DNA of 64,000 nucleotides from Eledone cirrhosa (GCA_964016885.1 OZ024742.1:195982001-196046000), one strand, 5' to 3'. Positions 26,455-41,133 are shown, numbered from the stretch's first letter. Numbers and translations: made by a program. Notes: a model not told the origin generated them from the letters alone.

Positions 26455-27140
26455 GATTTCTGGAAGTTATCCATCGGCTATGGACCGAAAGTTCTCCTGA
26501 AGAATGTGGCTTGTTGTTCATCTTCATCATCCAGGGTCACTCCAAGAACGTCGTCGCTTTCCCCGTCACTAATCCTCTATAGAACGCTAATGTGGTGTTT
26601 CCACTGATAACAGTTCCAACCTGGCTGAGGGCTGTGAACGCTTGAAGACATTCCAGTTTCCAAGCGCTCTCTCCCGGTCTTTGCTTGACCAGGTCTGCAA
26701 TGCAGTGTGATCCAGCTTCTGAAGACGGGATCAAACCCGGCTGTCTTCAAGACAATCTCTAGGTATCGACGGTCGATCCTATTGAGTAGAGCCCGACCGA
26801 AGCCAGGTTTACTCACAACCCTCTCTATGATGTATCACCTGAGGTGGTGGTTATCGTGTATGGACCTGGTTGGCATTGCACAGGTTTGCGCTTCTTCTAA
26901 CAGATTCTTGATGACAAGCGCCAAACTTATTGCTAACACCTTGGCAAAAATCTGTGTTGAGCGGAGTAATGGGGTGGAAATTCTCAATTATGTCCCCCTT
27001 ATTCGCACCTTCGTTTATCAATGTTACTACACCCCGCCATACAGAACTGGGAATTCTCCTGTTCTACTGCCAGCTGCAGTAGACAGCTTCGATGACATCG
27101 TAGAACAAGTCTGGCATGTCTACGTAAAACTCGTAGAGTA
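26455..27140 (-). mobile_element. Internally deleted Tx1 ORF2 fragments
   Basis: MDNFQKSL, TLAFYRGLV, EAQTCA, YEFY segments match the Tx1 copies. Confidence 0.85.
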
Positions 27141-27768
27141 GACTACTAGGGCACAGAAAGCCGGAACAAATCCCGCAAGGTATTTAATCGGATTCTGTAA
27201 GGAATCATGTCGAGTTACCGTAATTGACATTTACCCAAGATGCCACACTGTGGTATCGAACCCGGGTCCTAATGATTTCGAAACGAACTTTTTAACCATT
27301 CCACCGCCCACGTTGACGTTGACGCACCATTGTCCCATTTAAGCCTTTTCGTACCAAACTACCTGAAACTGCCCCTGATTCTACAATACACAATTATTTA
27401 CTTTTAAGTGTTAATATTTATCTAAAAACTTCCCATCATAATTTTACGCAAGAATATGTGCTAAGTTATGTTCCAAATTCAATAATGAGAAAGTTAGTTA
27501 TATTACTAAATCCTCCCAAATTCTTAATTGCTTTCAAAATTATTTGAAAATTATATGCATTAGAAATATGATAACGAAAGGTTGTAAGCATTTATATTTG
27601 TCTAAAAACCTTCCGTCATCATTCTATGTAAAGGAAATGTGCTAAGTTATATTCCAAACACTATTTCAATAATTAAAAACTTAGTTTTATTACGAAATCC
27701 CTCCAATTAGAAATGTGATGACGAAAGGTTTTAAGTATTCATATTTATCTAAAATCCTTCCGTCATCA

Positions 27769-28541
27769 TCTATACATATATATATATAAAACTGAAGTTG
27801 TCTGTGTGTGGGTGGGTGTGTGGGTGTCCTAATTTTGGAAAAGTTCATACAAATCCACATTTCTACTCCGATTGACTTCAAACTTGCATTTATATATTCC
27901 TTGCGGTCTAAAGATATTAACTGCAGCTTTTATTTTTCAATTTTCTTTTGTTAAAGGCGCTTTTTTCACTAAAACTTTAAGCCCTTTTGTAACAATTTTG
28001 TCTACAATGTTCAAGAGACAACTCTTTAGTATTTTGAAAGAGTTACCTCTCTTTATAGACTATATTATCCCTACTTAAACGTACATCCCTTGAAATTGTT
28101 GATGGTGAACCCAATAGTAATTCCGAAGCGTTCGGCATCCGATATAACAGTTCGATCTATATCAGATTGGGTAGATTTTTGTAACCTTAAAAGTATCCAA
28201 CTAAATTCCTTCATGCTCTCCACCACTGCAGTCCCACATGCTTACTGCTCTGTAACTATTGCTTTCATTGTACCATAACACAACAAATACATGTTCGGTT
28301 TGTCGAATGCCTTTTTACTTAACCCTAACGTCTTGGCTTTCGTGGGTTGAACATTTTATTCTCAGGCACCCAATTAAGTTAAACCCCTGGTAATTTACGA
28401 CGAATTTTTTTTATAAGCACAAAATGTAGACAGCATCCCCAGGCCGAGGTATTCCGTACTTCTCTGTACTGTTTCGGAAAGGAGGGATAAACATGCCAAT
28501 CTATGTTTAGAAGCCCGAGCAACACCGGGCCATTCTGCTAG
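27769..28541 (+). mobile_element. Non-autonomous Helitron inserted into a ~150-180-bp tandem repeat
   Basis: 5' TCTATA..., 3' hairpin CCCGAGCAACACCGGG then CTAG; sits between CATCA and TTATATGT of the host unit (compare 27612-27640) without a TSD. Confidence 0.8.
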
Positions 28542-29172
28542 TTATATGTAAAAGAAATGTGTTAAATTATATTCCAAGCACCAATTCAAATAATTAGAAA
28601 GTTAGTTTTATAATTAGATCCCATCGAATTATTGATAATTTGTTTAATGATTTTAAAGTCAGGAGCAGTGTCTTTCATTAAAAATAAGGAATAAAAGGGT
28701 TAATTAACATTGTAAATAGGTAATGAAGTGCGGGAAAGACTAATGGTATCTTTAGCACAGAGAGATAACTCTGGACATCTTTCGGTCATATTTATTTAGT
28801 TACACGCAAAGAAAATATTTTAAAACTGTTGAAGTTAAAGGATTTTCTGTTTTGTTGTTCTACAATCCATCCAATATATACCTTCTGACAAATTATGTCA
28901 TTTTTCTTATATACACAAGTTACACATACACATATAAATACATACGTATACATACACACACAAATATATACATATATACAAACAAACATACATACACACA
29001 TAAAAACATACGTACGTTTATACATATATATATATATATGTATACATACAAACATACAAACACACTTACACTTACATACATACACACACACATACACACA
29101 TACATACATACATACATACATACATACATACATACATACATACATACATACATACATACATACATACATACA

Positions 29173-30625
29173 TTAAAAAGCAATTGGACCTCTTTACACA
29201 ATTTTCTGCGGATATCAGAATGAAATTTGGTGAGTCCAAATGTGTATATTTGACAGTAAAACGTGGAAGGGTTGCGTCCTCCTCTGGAAATCTAGAGATG
29301 AACGACTTGACAATACAACTTCAATTAATAAGGAGAGAACCAGAACTGAATACCGCCGGAGAGTAAAGAAAATATGGTCATCAGAACTATCAGCGTAAAA
29401 CAAATACATTGTTAATACTTATGGTGTGCCAATCCTAACTGGTCATTGCAAAGTGAGATGGACGCAAGCTTCTCAGTGTTACGGGAAAATTTAACATCAA
29501 TGGTGATGTGGATAAGCTATACTTCTCACGCAAGGAAGGTGGCCGGGGTCTAAAATCCATATTAACATCATACGAGACCCGAATAGTAACACTGAAGCAA
29601 CATCTTCAGCAGAAGAAAAAGGTCAGCAACCATCTTGCCCAGGTTTATGAGTATGAAGGAAATAATATCATTAGGATAGCCACTGATCTGGAGGAGAGAT
29701 ATGGAATAAGGCCTGATATAAATCTCTCTCCCAGGGAAATTGGAAGATCCTATTCAATGTTCGAACAGGATTTTAAAAAATAGACCAATTTACAGAGAAA
29801 GTTGTGCATGGGTACCTGAGACGAAAAACACAGACCATAGAAGGGATAAATCATCCAAAGAGCCTGGCATGGAGTTCCGACAAGTTTATAACATCCCACC
29901 TTGAAGGATACTCTATGCAATACAGGAACAAGAAATCCCTACCAAATATCTGCTACGCATCAGTCGACAATAAATGTAGGCTTTGTAAAACAAAGATCGA
30001 AGATGTTAGTCATATTGCTGCCAACTGTAAAAGAATGTCGTCTCGTTACTACCTCCCCATGAGACACGATGTGATAGCTAGAACCATCTGGAACGCACTG
30101 AGGAAAACAAGATTAAAAACAAATGGTGAGGAATATGTTGAGATAGATGGCACTAAAGAATACTGGTGGAACCTACAAATAAAAACTTAAAAACTGCCAC
30201 CAAATTAAAACACAACCGGCCTGATAGTGTTGAATCAACATGCTCTGTTGTAGAGATCAGCTGCCCACTTGATGTCAACGTTGTAAAAAAATACAAGAGA
30301 AGGAGGACATCTACGGACCATTGATGAGGAGTTTGCAGATCCAGTATCCAAGATACACCTTCAGCTTCATACCCATCATTATTGAAGCTACAGCTTATAT
30401 ACCAGCCCGCTTGGACAAAAGTATAATTGAACTTGGATTTGTGGACAAAGAACGCAGCTCCCTAATTTATAGACTACAAATGGCTGCGATAGCTGGCACC
30501 TTCAAAATTTGCAAAACATTCTTGCGATTCAAGGGATGACAATTTCTTTTCTTTTACAACCTTACCACCAGGAAGGTGGCCGGTCAAAAATATACTCGAA
30601 ATTAAGAGAAAGATAAACAAACATA
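29173..30625 (+). mobile_element. R4/Dong-like REL LINE, same family as 10313-11662, in (TACA)n
   Basis: MKFGESKC, LYFSRKEGGRGL, CRLC..H...C, RHD; near-identical 3' end. Confidence 0.9.
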
Positions 30626-30911
30626 CACAAATACATACATACATACATGCATACATACATGCATACATACATACATACATACATACATACATACATACAT
30701 ACATACATACATACATACATACATACATACGTGTAATGCTGCCTTCATCAACTCGTCTTCTGCGGAAAGATTTCTCCGTGATTCCGTTGTTGTTTCCTAG
30801 ATCCTATCAATTATACTTTTGTCCAATGAAAACATCCAGTTCGATAATTGCTATATCGATCTAAGTAGAGCATTTCCGGTGTACGGCTTAATACTGTCAA
30901 AGTCCACCCTC

Positions 30912-31015
<104 letters not shown>

Positions 31016-31038
31016 CGACGACGACGACGACGACGACG

Positions 31039-31089
<51 letters not shown>

Positions 31090-31244
31090 GACAAACAAAA
31101 ATGAACAAAGTGAACAGGAAAAAATGTCCGCTAAAACTAACCACTTTATCTAAATTGGCATAGTGTTAAGAAGGTGATTAAACCGTTGTATCATTGGTAT
31201 TATTGTTATTATTGTTGTTGTTGTTGTTGTTGTTGTTGGGGGTG

Positions 31245-31873
31245 GGAGGTGTGGATTGGCAGTATCGGTAAAGTTATGGCCCTTTACGTTCTGATTTCAA
31301 ATCCCACCGAGGTTAGTTTTGCCTTTCATCCTTACGGGGTCGATAAAATAAAGTACCAGTCACGCAAGGGGTCGATTTAATCGACTTTTCCCTCCCCCAA
31401 AATTGCTGACCTTGCGCCTATATAAGAAACCATTATTATTATTATTATATAAGGGCGGTGGATTGGCAGTATCGGTAGAGGGTCGGACGCCATGCTTTGA
31501 CGCATAGAGCTACGGCCCTTTCCATTCTGATTTCAAATCCCGCCGATGTTAACATTGCCTTTCATCCTTACGGGGTCGATAAAATAAAGTACCAGTAATG
31601 TACTGGGTAATTGCTGGCCTTGTGCCAAAAGTAGAAACAATTATTATTTTGTTGTTGTTGTTGTTGTTGTTGAGGGCGGTGGATTGACAGTATCGGTAGT
31701 GGGTCGGACGCCATGCTTTGCAGCAAAGAGTTTCGGCCCTTTATTGTCTGAGTTCAAATCCCGCCGAGGTTAACTTTGCCTTTCATCCTTACGGGGTCGA
31801 TAAAATAAAGTACCAATAATTCACTGGGTAATTGCTGGCCTTGTGCCAAAAGTAGAAACAATTATTATTATTA
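31245..31873 (+). mobile_element. Tandem array of three Nin-domain SINE copies
   Basis: Same motifs as the other arrays. Confidence 0.9.
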
Positions 31874-32953
31874 TGGTCGCCGTTTATCAGACGGGCCTTT
31901 CCGCAGCTCGTTTCTTTGACTGAGCTGCAGTCCTGGGTCAAGAAGAGACCAAGACTGGGTGACTGGCACCTGGAATGTTGCCAGGCACTCACTGCCCTCT
32001 ACCAAGCGGGCAATGTGATTAGTGGAACTTCCACTCTCGAGTTCTATAGAGGATTAGTGGTGGGCAAGTGCGATGACGCACTCGGAGACGCTTTGGGCCT
32101 CGACAAAGTCGAACTGACCAGTCTGTTCCGGAGGACTTTCGAAACGGGGATGATGGACAATTTCCAGAAATCCCTCGCTTGGCAGTGCTACCAGGGGGCA
32201 CTGCCGGTTCGGGATAAACTCTACAGGCACGGAAGTGCTGTCAGACGGACCTGCGCGAGATGCGCACAGAGTGACGAAACCGTTCTGCACGCACTTGTCC
32301 AATGTCCGTTGAGTTATGTCGGACAGCTGTTGTCGCGTGTAGAACGGATCCGGCTATCGGCCGAGTCCATAGTGAAGATCGACCCGCGGCCTTCCTTTGG
32401 CCAGGAAGAGCAGGCAATTTTCCTCTGTCTGGTGGCAGTTGCGAAAGAGGTTGTATGGTGGACCAGATTGAAAGGACTGAAGACAGACACTTTTCTCTTC
32501 GGCCAATCCCTCATCAACTTCTTCAAGTTTCATCTGGAAAGGAAGGTGAGGGTGGAGAGCGAAGGGCTGCTCCCGAGTACATGTGCTAAAAGGTGGATGA
32601 ATGTGGCGAGAATGGTCCGTGTGAATGGGCCTACTTGACCATGCGCCTATGGGCCAGCTGATTTGAGGAGAAGTGGGATGCTCTCCCGGGTGCCCTAGAA
32701 GCGCAGGGTGGTTCAGGATTGGTGGGGTACCTGAGTCACCCCTGAGTCGTCCACCTCGCTATAGGGGAATTTATTTTATTATATTTACATAGTTTATTTT
32801 ACATTTCTATATTTTCATCGTTAAATTAATCTTGCCATTGTGCACTTTTACTCGACCTTATTGTAAACCCACACTGTCTGTGTCTTTGTATTGTACCCTA
32901 CATGTCGGCCCTTGTGGCCAATAAATGAAATCATTATTATTATTATTATTATT
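31874..32953 (+). mobile_element. Tx1/L1 LINE 3' fragment with (ATT)n tail
   Basis: ORF 31916-32638: LPVRDKL...CARC...ETVLHALVQCP; AATAAA then ATT repeats. Confidence 0.9.
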
Positions 32954-35900
32954 GGCGACCTACGTAGGAAATCGTATTATCGTGAGCTCCGCAAAGGTTT
33001 GTTGTTTTCAGTTGTTTCAAATTGCCAGTTATGGAAAATTTTGTTGTTAAGTCTTTATAAGTTCACATATATTGATTTCTGGAAAGGACACTCAAAATTT
33101 AAACTTTTATAATTATCAAACAAAAACTTTCTTTGAAAAAAACATGGACGACTCACAGCCACACGAAGCTGACAGCCTTCCTCACAAACTAACACCTCAC
33201 ACCAACACCACCATTGTAAATATTACTACGTTTGCCAACACTAAAAATATAAGCAGTAGCAATAATTTAAATTTGTCTCATGCAGACATTAATTTCCCGC
33301 CATTACCAATAACTGCAGGTGTTAAAGCCGCCACCCCCACCCCCCACAACTACCACAGCGATAACAGAAACAAACCAAAAAAATTATTATCTCGTGACAT
33401 CGAAATGGATTCACCCAGAATCGACTCTTCCACACTGAACACCACTGACGCCACCACCACCACAACTGAAACTAAAAATAACAATAACAAAAATAACAAT
33501 AACAACAACAGCAACAACAACAATGAGAATAACAAAAAAAACATCAACACCAGCGCAAATGTGTCGTTTGCCAAAGCAGCCAAGAAAAGCGAAACAATCC
33601 AGGTAAGCCAGGATGAAGTAAATGAAGCCAAGAGAATGGTAAAAAAGATGGGTACAGGGTCAGCCTGGAGACAGATTGTGACGACGAGGGGTGGCAAACT
33701 GTATCAGGAAAAAAGAAAAAAGAAAAAGAACCAAAAAAAGAAAAAATTCTCTTCATTCCCCCCGCCAAAATTAAAATACAGGAGGAAACAAATAAACTAA
33801 CAAACAAAAAAGTTAGAACAGCCATGCCACCATCCACACCAGCATCACCAACCCCATCACCACAAACACCAACACCACAAAAGTCACCAAAAAGCGAAAC
33901 AGAAACAAACCCACAACAAACGCAAACAAAATAAAACAACCAAAACGATACACACTACACAGCATTAAATTTGAACAACAACCAATTATTACACTACATT
34001 CAACACAACACCAGAATCACAGAAAAAGACTACACAACACCCCAAAAATTAACACAACCTCCACACATACAAATCACTCGCATCACACAGAAAACGTACG
34101 CGACACTAAAACGAAAATTCCCCAAAGACATCGGAGACTTCCGACAAGCACTCTCCAGGAGGATTTATAAGGACATCCTTCCGGAGGACGCCACAGGCAG
34201 TGAAAAGGATGGAGAAACCATCCTTCCTCTACGACAAGTAAGGTAAGTGGTCTTTCCCATCTTTTCTACTCCATTTCAACATGACCTCACTCAGAATAGG
34301 CAGTATAAATGCACGTGGCCTGGGGTCATCCTGGAAGTAGGGTCACCTGCTCAACGACTTCAGGTCACTAAACATAGATGCGGTGGCCATCAGTGAGACC
34401 AGAATCTCCGAAGCACAGCCTTCGCACCGATCTTCGGTGGCTACGATGTATACGCATCCCAGCCGTCCAGGATCGGGGGGAGGGGTTGCCGTCCTTTTTC
34501 GGAGAGGCTTGGATCTCGCCTTCCGGCCATCTTCCTAGACCCAGAAGGTAAGTCTGTGGTGCTGGACGTGACCGGCAGCGAAGGCAATGCTTTCAGGCTA
34601 GTAGCCGTCTACGCCCCAACAGGGGCAGGACGGCCAGATTTCTTCAGACATCTAGAGACCTTTCTTGGAACGTCCCGCTCTTTAGTGTTAGTGGGCGACT
34701 GGAACGGGATCTTAGATGCACTCTGGGACTGTGTGGGATTAGCGGATAGGGGAGGAGGGTGCAAGAGCCTCACCATCCTGCTCAGGCGTTTTGAACTGTC
34801 TGATAGGTACCGATTGGATTTCCCGAATGTGCCAATGTGGACTTGGACAAACCGCATAGGGTCATCCAGATCATATCTAGATAGAGTATTTTGTAGGGGA
34901 AAAGATAGGTCTAGCATAGGCTGTGCACAATTCAAGATAGTCAGCTACACGGACCACAAATTCGTGATCTGTGTGGTTGACTTAGATAGGCTTCATAGAC
35001 AAGGACCCGGCTACTGGAAGCTAAATGCGTCCTTACCAGCGCGCAAGGCCTACAGAGACCGGATTAGCGAACTAGTTAAGCCGGCGTTGACGGGGGCCAT
35101 CGTCAACAACAAGTGGTGGTTTGCTCTGAAAAGAGCGAGTAGAATAGAGTCCATTAGGTTTAGTAAGGCTTTAGCAATAGAGAAAAATAGAGCAGAGGGA
35201 GAACTAGTTAGAAAATTAGACGAGGCGCTTAGCAAAGGCATCGCGAACGACGTACTTGCGACGAAATTGGCCCTTGACCAATTCGTCAATGCAAAGCACG
35301 AAGGCTGCGTTGTCAGAGCTAGGGTGCGTGCTCTCAGACACGAGGGGACGAAAGCCGTTCAATGGGCCCGAGTGGCGGAGGCGAGTCGTGGCAACAAAGC
35401 TACGATCTGCTCTTTGGTGGACCACGACGGTCCCATGCTAGTCGATCCCGGGCAAATGTGTGAAGCTTTTCAGCGACACTCCGCTCAGCTGTTCGGGGGC
35501 AGCGGCGGGCCGGATCGAGGGATGCACTTTAGTGTCTACCTCGGCGGACTGCTGCGGCTCTCGGCCACTGAGGCGGAGTGTTGCGAAAAGCCGATAACAG
35601 CAGCTGATGTACGGGAGGCAATGACTGGCTGCACAAGGGGTAAATCGCCTGGTTTGGATGGTCTGCCCTATGAACTTTACGTACAGATGCCAGACTTGTT
35701 CGGAGGCCTCTTGGCGGACGTCTACTGCAACTGACAACATAACGGGAGAATTCCCAGCTCTATGAGCCGAGGAGCGGTGGCGCTGCTGAGAAAGGATCCG
35801 AACAAGGGGGATAACATAGATAATTTCAGGCCCATAACTCTGCTAAACACAGAGTTCAAGATTTTGGCCAAGGTGCTAGCAAAGAGGTTGGCGCATGTCG

Positions 35901-37969
35901 TTGGATGTCTGGTGGGAGAGGCGCAGACATGTGCCATTCCCGACAGATCCATCCACGACAACCTCCACCTCATGCGATACATCGTGGAGAGGGTAGCTAG
36001 GGAACCTGGCACGTGTGGGTCCTTGATCAATTTAGATCAGTCGAAAGCTTTCGATAGGGTCGACCATCGTTATCTGGCGGCAGTCCTGAGGGCGGCTGAG
36101 TTTGGGCCCGTCTTCAGAGGCTGGATCGCTGCCATGCACAGCGACATCTGCTCTGTGGTGAGAGTGAACGGTCACCTTTCGGAACCGTTCAACATCATGC
36201 ACTCGGTCCGCCAAGGATGTCCCCTCTCGTCTCTCTTGTACGTATTGACTCTCGAGCCATTACTGCACAAACTGAAGACGTTGAGGGGGTCCCGCGCGAA
36301 CTAGGATGCGGAAGATCCGTGTCAGCATATGCGGACGATGTCATCGTAGTGGTGTCGAACGCCAAACACATCGAGGCGATCGGCACTACACTAAGAGAAT
36401 ACGAAGCGGTGACAGGAGCAATGATCAACCAGGAAAAGTCGGTGGGCCTGCAGCTCGCCACCTGGAGAGGCAGGTCCATGCCCTCCAACAGCGTCGTCGA
36501 GCGCTGGACGGACGGACCGGTTAAATTGCTAGGGGTCTGGTTCGGTCCGGACCTCCAAACGGACAAAAACTTGGGCGAGGTGACGAGCAGGGTGGCTTCT
36601 CTCACCCAGAAATGGGCGGAAAGGAAGCTATCCCTGAAAGGTCGAACGGAGGTGGCTAACGCGTACATCGCGTCCGTTATCTACTACTGCCTGACCGTTG
36701 TACCTTGTCCTAAGCCTCGTTTGACTGCACTGGAGCGTTTGCTCTTTCGCTTTTTGTGGAAGGGACGCGCTCCGATGGTCAGGCGGTCCATCTGCTGTCA
36801 ACACCCACTACGTGGAGGGCTGGGCTTGCCGTGTCTGATGATGCGCAGACACGCGCTCAGGCTACGACATCTCCACCTCTTCCTCGACGGTGATCAGGTG
36901 TGGTCGCCGTTTGCTAGATGCGTCTTTCCCCAGCTCGTCTCCTTGACGGAGCTGCAGTCGGGGTCAAGCGAAGACCGAGAGGGAGCGCTTGGAGACTGGA
37001 ATCTCATTCAGGCGCTCACAGCCCTTGACCAATCGGGCAATGTGATCGGTGGAAACTCCACCTTGGCGTTCTATAGAGGATTAGTGGAGAGGAAGAGCGA
37101 CGACGTACTTGGGAAAACTCTAGGCGTCGACGAAAATCAACTAGCCAATCTCTTCGGAAGAACTTTCGGGCCGGGGCCTATGGACAACTTCCAGAAATCC
37201 CTGACCTGGCAGTGCTACCGAGGAGCTTTGCCAGTTCGGGATAAACTCTACAGGCATGGAGGTGCCGTCAGCCGGGCATGTCCGAGATGCGCGCAGGGAG
37301 ACGAAACCGTCCTGCACGCACTCGTCCAGTGTCCGAGCATTGCTGACTTGTGGGTTTATGTCGAACCTGCTGTCGCGTGTAGGACGGATCCAGCTATCAG
37401 CTGAGTCCATCGTGAGGCTTGCCCCACCCTCTTCCTTTAGCCGGGAAGGGCAGGAAATGTTTATCTGTCTGGTGGCCATGGCGAAAGAGATAGTATGGTG
37501 GACACGTTTGAAAGGGCTGAAGACGAGCACTTACCCCTTCGGTGATGCCCTGATTAACTTTTTCAAATTTCATTTGAAAAGGAAAATCAGGGTAGAGAGG
37601 GAAGTGCTCTCTTCCCAGCATTTTGTTGAAAGATGGGTGAGAGAAGCAAGAATGGCCCGAGTGAATGGGCCTACTCTGAGTATGTGCCTGTAAATTGAAA
37701 GTGGAAACTGGGAGAGGGCACTTGCCCTGGTGGTCAGGGTCACCGTGGCTTTTTTAATGGGCTTTCTCCACGATGGCCCTCGGAAGTCTCCCCCCTATTA
37801 GGGAATTTTTCGTTGTTTCTTTTTTTGTTACATCCTCTGTTTTTGTTTTTTTACACGCAGAAATGCCCATTTGTACTGTCCTGTATTGTCCTGTACTGTC
37901 CTTAATGTCTACTTTGTGTAAACCCTTGTGGTTAATAAAGAAAGCATTATTATTATTATTATTATTATT

Positions 37970-37972
<3 letters not shown>
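32954..37972 (+). mobile_element. Near full-length Tx1/L1 LINE (ORF1 remnant; ORF2 APE, RT and Cys domain), disrupted
   Basis: ORF2 from ATG 34281: INARGL, VYAP, GDWN, SYLD, TDH; KSPGLDG, RPITLLN, KAFDRV, RQGCPLS, AYADD, CPRC..HALVQC. Confidence 0.95.
34281..37693 (+). pseudogene. Tx1 ORF2 (AP endonuclease plus reverse transcriptase), with stops and frameshifts
   Basis: Track ORFs 34556-35734, 35762-36304, 36217-37404, 37256-37693. Confidence 0.9.
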
Positions 37973-38029
<57 letters not shown>

Positions 38030-38180
38030 ATTGTTGCTGCTGCTGTTTGTGTACATATATACATGTGTGGTGTGTGTGGTTACAAGTTTTGTATGCATAC
38101 CCACACGTATAAACATACACTCACACACATGTATGTGATGAAGGTGATGGTGGTAATGATGATGATAATGATGATGATGG

Positions 38181-38230
<50 letters not shown>

Positions 38231-38292
38231 CTGATATTCAGCAAACAGCAGCCTAGCTTTTTAAGCCCCTTTCTTATTTAACTATCTTTTGA

Positions 38293-38562
38293 AGTACCAG
38301 TAATGCACTGGGGTCGATTGAATCGACTTTCCCCTCCCCTTCAAATTGCTGGCCTTGTGCCTAAAGTAGAAACAATTATTATCATCATAATTTTAAAAGT
38401 AGAAACATTTATTATTGTTTGCCTCAAAGGTGGTGGATTGGCAGTATCGATAGAGCGTCGGACATCATACTTCGTGGCATTGAGGTACGGCCCTTTGCGT
38501 TCTGAGTTCAAATCCCACCGAGGTTAGCTTTGCCTTTCATCCTTACGAGGTCGATCAAGTAA
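38293..38562 (+). mobile_element. Nin-domain SINE fragments in tandem
   Basis: Tail of one copy followed by head and Nin domain of the next. Confidence 0.85.
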
Positions 38563-38769
38563 GTTTTGTTAGTGTACATCCATTATTATTGTTTTGTTTT
38601 GTTGTTGTTTTTTTGTTACAAAGGGAGCATAAGGCTTCAGTCTTTGCCCCTGAAAAATGGATTCCCCATAATATTTGGGCCTTGGGCTCAAATATATGAA
38701 CTCTAAGATTTGTTACTGGTATAGTGCGTACAAAGCGATTAAGAAGAGCTTTCCTTGAGACGTGGGAAC

Positions 38770-39418
38770 TCCGAATGTTAGGCCAACATGCAGACTACTT
38801 AAGGGGTTCCCGAAAGAAACCCTACCAATAAAGAGATGGAACCACCCGACCTCCACACGCCTCTGGGAGGTGAGTAGACCTTTTTCTCACTCGGTCAACC
38901 AGCCAGCATGGTCATCTTAAGAGCAGGATGTTTAAATGTTCGTGGCCTGAGGTCGTTCTGGAAACAGAGTCGCTTGCTGAACGACCTCAGGTCATTAGGT
39001 ATAAATGTGATTGCGGTCAGCGAGACCAGGATTTCCGACACACGTGCACTAGCCCCCTTCGGCGACTACCAGATATTCGCATCTCTTAGACGATCGGGAA
39101 TGGAAGGTTGGGTGGCAATACTGTTTAGGAAAGATCTGAATCTCGAGGTAAGGTCGAGCTTCCTGGACCCGGACGCCTAATTGGTGGTCCTGGACATGAG
39201 CAATAGCGGAGGTGGTGCCATTAGACTGGTGGGCGTCTACGCCCCGACCGGGCCTGGAAGCCTTTATGGGAATGTCTTGTCCTTTACTGTTAGCAGGGAA
39301 CTGGAACGGCATCTTTGACGCACGCTGGGATTGTGTTGGAGTAGCTGATAGGAGCGTGGTTACAAAAACCTCAAATACCTGATGAGCCAGTTACAACTGA
39401 CTGATAGGTACCGATTAG
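38770..39418 (+). mobile_element. Tx1 fragment: ORF1 end and APE start
   Basis: ORF 38908-39180 MVILRAGCLNVRGL...SETR. Confidence 0.85.
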
Positions 39419-39526
39419 GTCATTTACATCGTATATAGGGTCATTTACATCGTATATAGGGTCATTTATATCGTATATAGATAAGCTTTTTTTAGATCAG
39501 TAGATAAGGATAGTATATATATATAA

Positions 39527-39626
<100 letters not shown>

Positions 39627-39678
39627 GAAAGGTATAGAAAACATTGTAGCAAAAAGCCAACAGTATTCCATAATATAT

Positions 39679-39722
<44 letters not shown>

Positions 39723-39774
39723 TTTCTGAATTTGTTTAGCAAGATTCTTTATCTGAAAACGTGTGTTGAAACCG

Positions 39775-40441
39775 ATATTGTTATACTTTGGGAGGGTCAT
39801 GTTGCCAATAAGAAACACACGCACCTGTTGTTTCACTTCAATTTATTATAATAAATTTATAAATTTAGGAATTTATAAATTTCTGGTTGGTTGGTTGGTT
39901 CCACAACCAGATAGTTGTTTATATATTGTCAAAGTTCTTTCGTCACACATTATGTGACCTCTTCAGTGACTGGGGATTCTTTTCTTTGTTTTTGTGTCTC
40001 TCCTTTGTTCTGTCCTACGCCATTTTGTTTCTGTGTGTGTGTTGTGTGCTCAGTCTGCGCATGCGCCACATCCGGGTGTCTGTGTGTGTTTATATTTGTT
40101 TATTTATTTGTTTATTTATATGTTACCGGTTGGTTGTTTGTTCTATGTGTGCGTGTGTTTTCATTTTGTCCTTAATTGTAAGTTGTGATGTTGCTGTTCC
40201 ACTCATATTTTCTATTTAATTTTGGTTGTAATTCTTTTATGTTTATTGCCTCTGTGATTTGTCTAAACATTGCGTCTTTTCTGTGTGTAGATTCTATTTT
40301 TATTTCTATGTTCTCTAATTTACCCTTATGTTCTATTTTAGCATGTTGGTAGAGTACAGATGATTCTTTACTATCTTGAAGGTCTCGCCAGTGTTCATTT
40401 ATCCGTTCCCCTACACTACGAGCTGTCTCACCTATGTACAC
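39775..40441 (-). mobile_element. Short 3' copy of the 19855-22320 PLE (GIY-YIG end plus pLTR)
   Basis: Near identical to 19855-20536. Confidence 0.95.
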
Positions 40442-40677
40442 TATATTTTTGTCTCTACATTATACATTATATGGTCGTTAGCATGCTCAACCAGCCGTGA
40501 CGCTTAAACCAATCAGCTGTAGTAATTCAGTGAAACTACACACTGATTGGTCGAAATACAGTTTACAGGGCTTTGCATTCTGGAGCCACTTTTCTCTGTA
40601 TAAAATGTATAAAAGGTAGGAAATTTACCCATCTCATTACAGTTGAAAATTGCAAACTCGACTGTCACCACATATCA

Positions 40678-40716
40678 TGAACCTGAAGATTGCGAAAGCA
40701 TGAAAGTACTTGTTCA
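40678..40716 (+). ncRNA. Minimal type I hammerhead
   Basis: TGAAC-CTGAAGA-T-TGC GAAA GCA-T-GAAA-GTAC-TT-GTTCA. Confidence 0.8.
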
Positions 40717-40917
40717 ATTAACACTTAGAATTTAATATTCTATCATACTATTTCATTATAATACCATTATATATATTTTAAAGGAGTGTAAATAAAACGA
40801 GTAAATCAGACAAAGTTGGAATTCCTCTTATTAATATAATCTTCTATACACAATCATACACACCCGTGTATATTTACCTATCTATATCTATATATATATA
40901 TATCTATGTGTGTGTGT

Positions 40918-40997
<80 letters not shown>

Positions 40998-41002
<5 letters not shown>

Positions 41003-41128
41003 CATGTATGTATATATATATACATACTACTGTGCGTCTGTATACATATATGTATGGACGTGTACATACCTATATTTAAGTAACAGCCGTACTAAGAGTG
41101 GGAAATGAAATTTCGTTTCATTTTTTCC

Positions 41129-41133
<5 letters not shown>
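40998..41133 (+). mobile_element. 3' terminal fragment of the ~428-nt retrozyme-like family
   Basis: Matches 17163-17295; ends TTTTTTCCGTTT directly into (AT)n. Confidence 0.85.

Noticed and set aside
25391-26607. Poly-Ser/Gly, poly-Arg, poly-Leu and poly-Phe ORFs
   Set aside because: Translations of (CTA)n and (GAA)n; only 25913-26194 is a real LINE remnant
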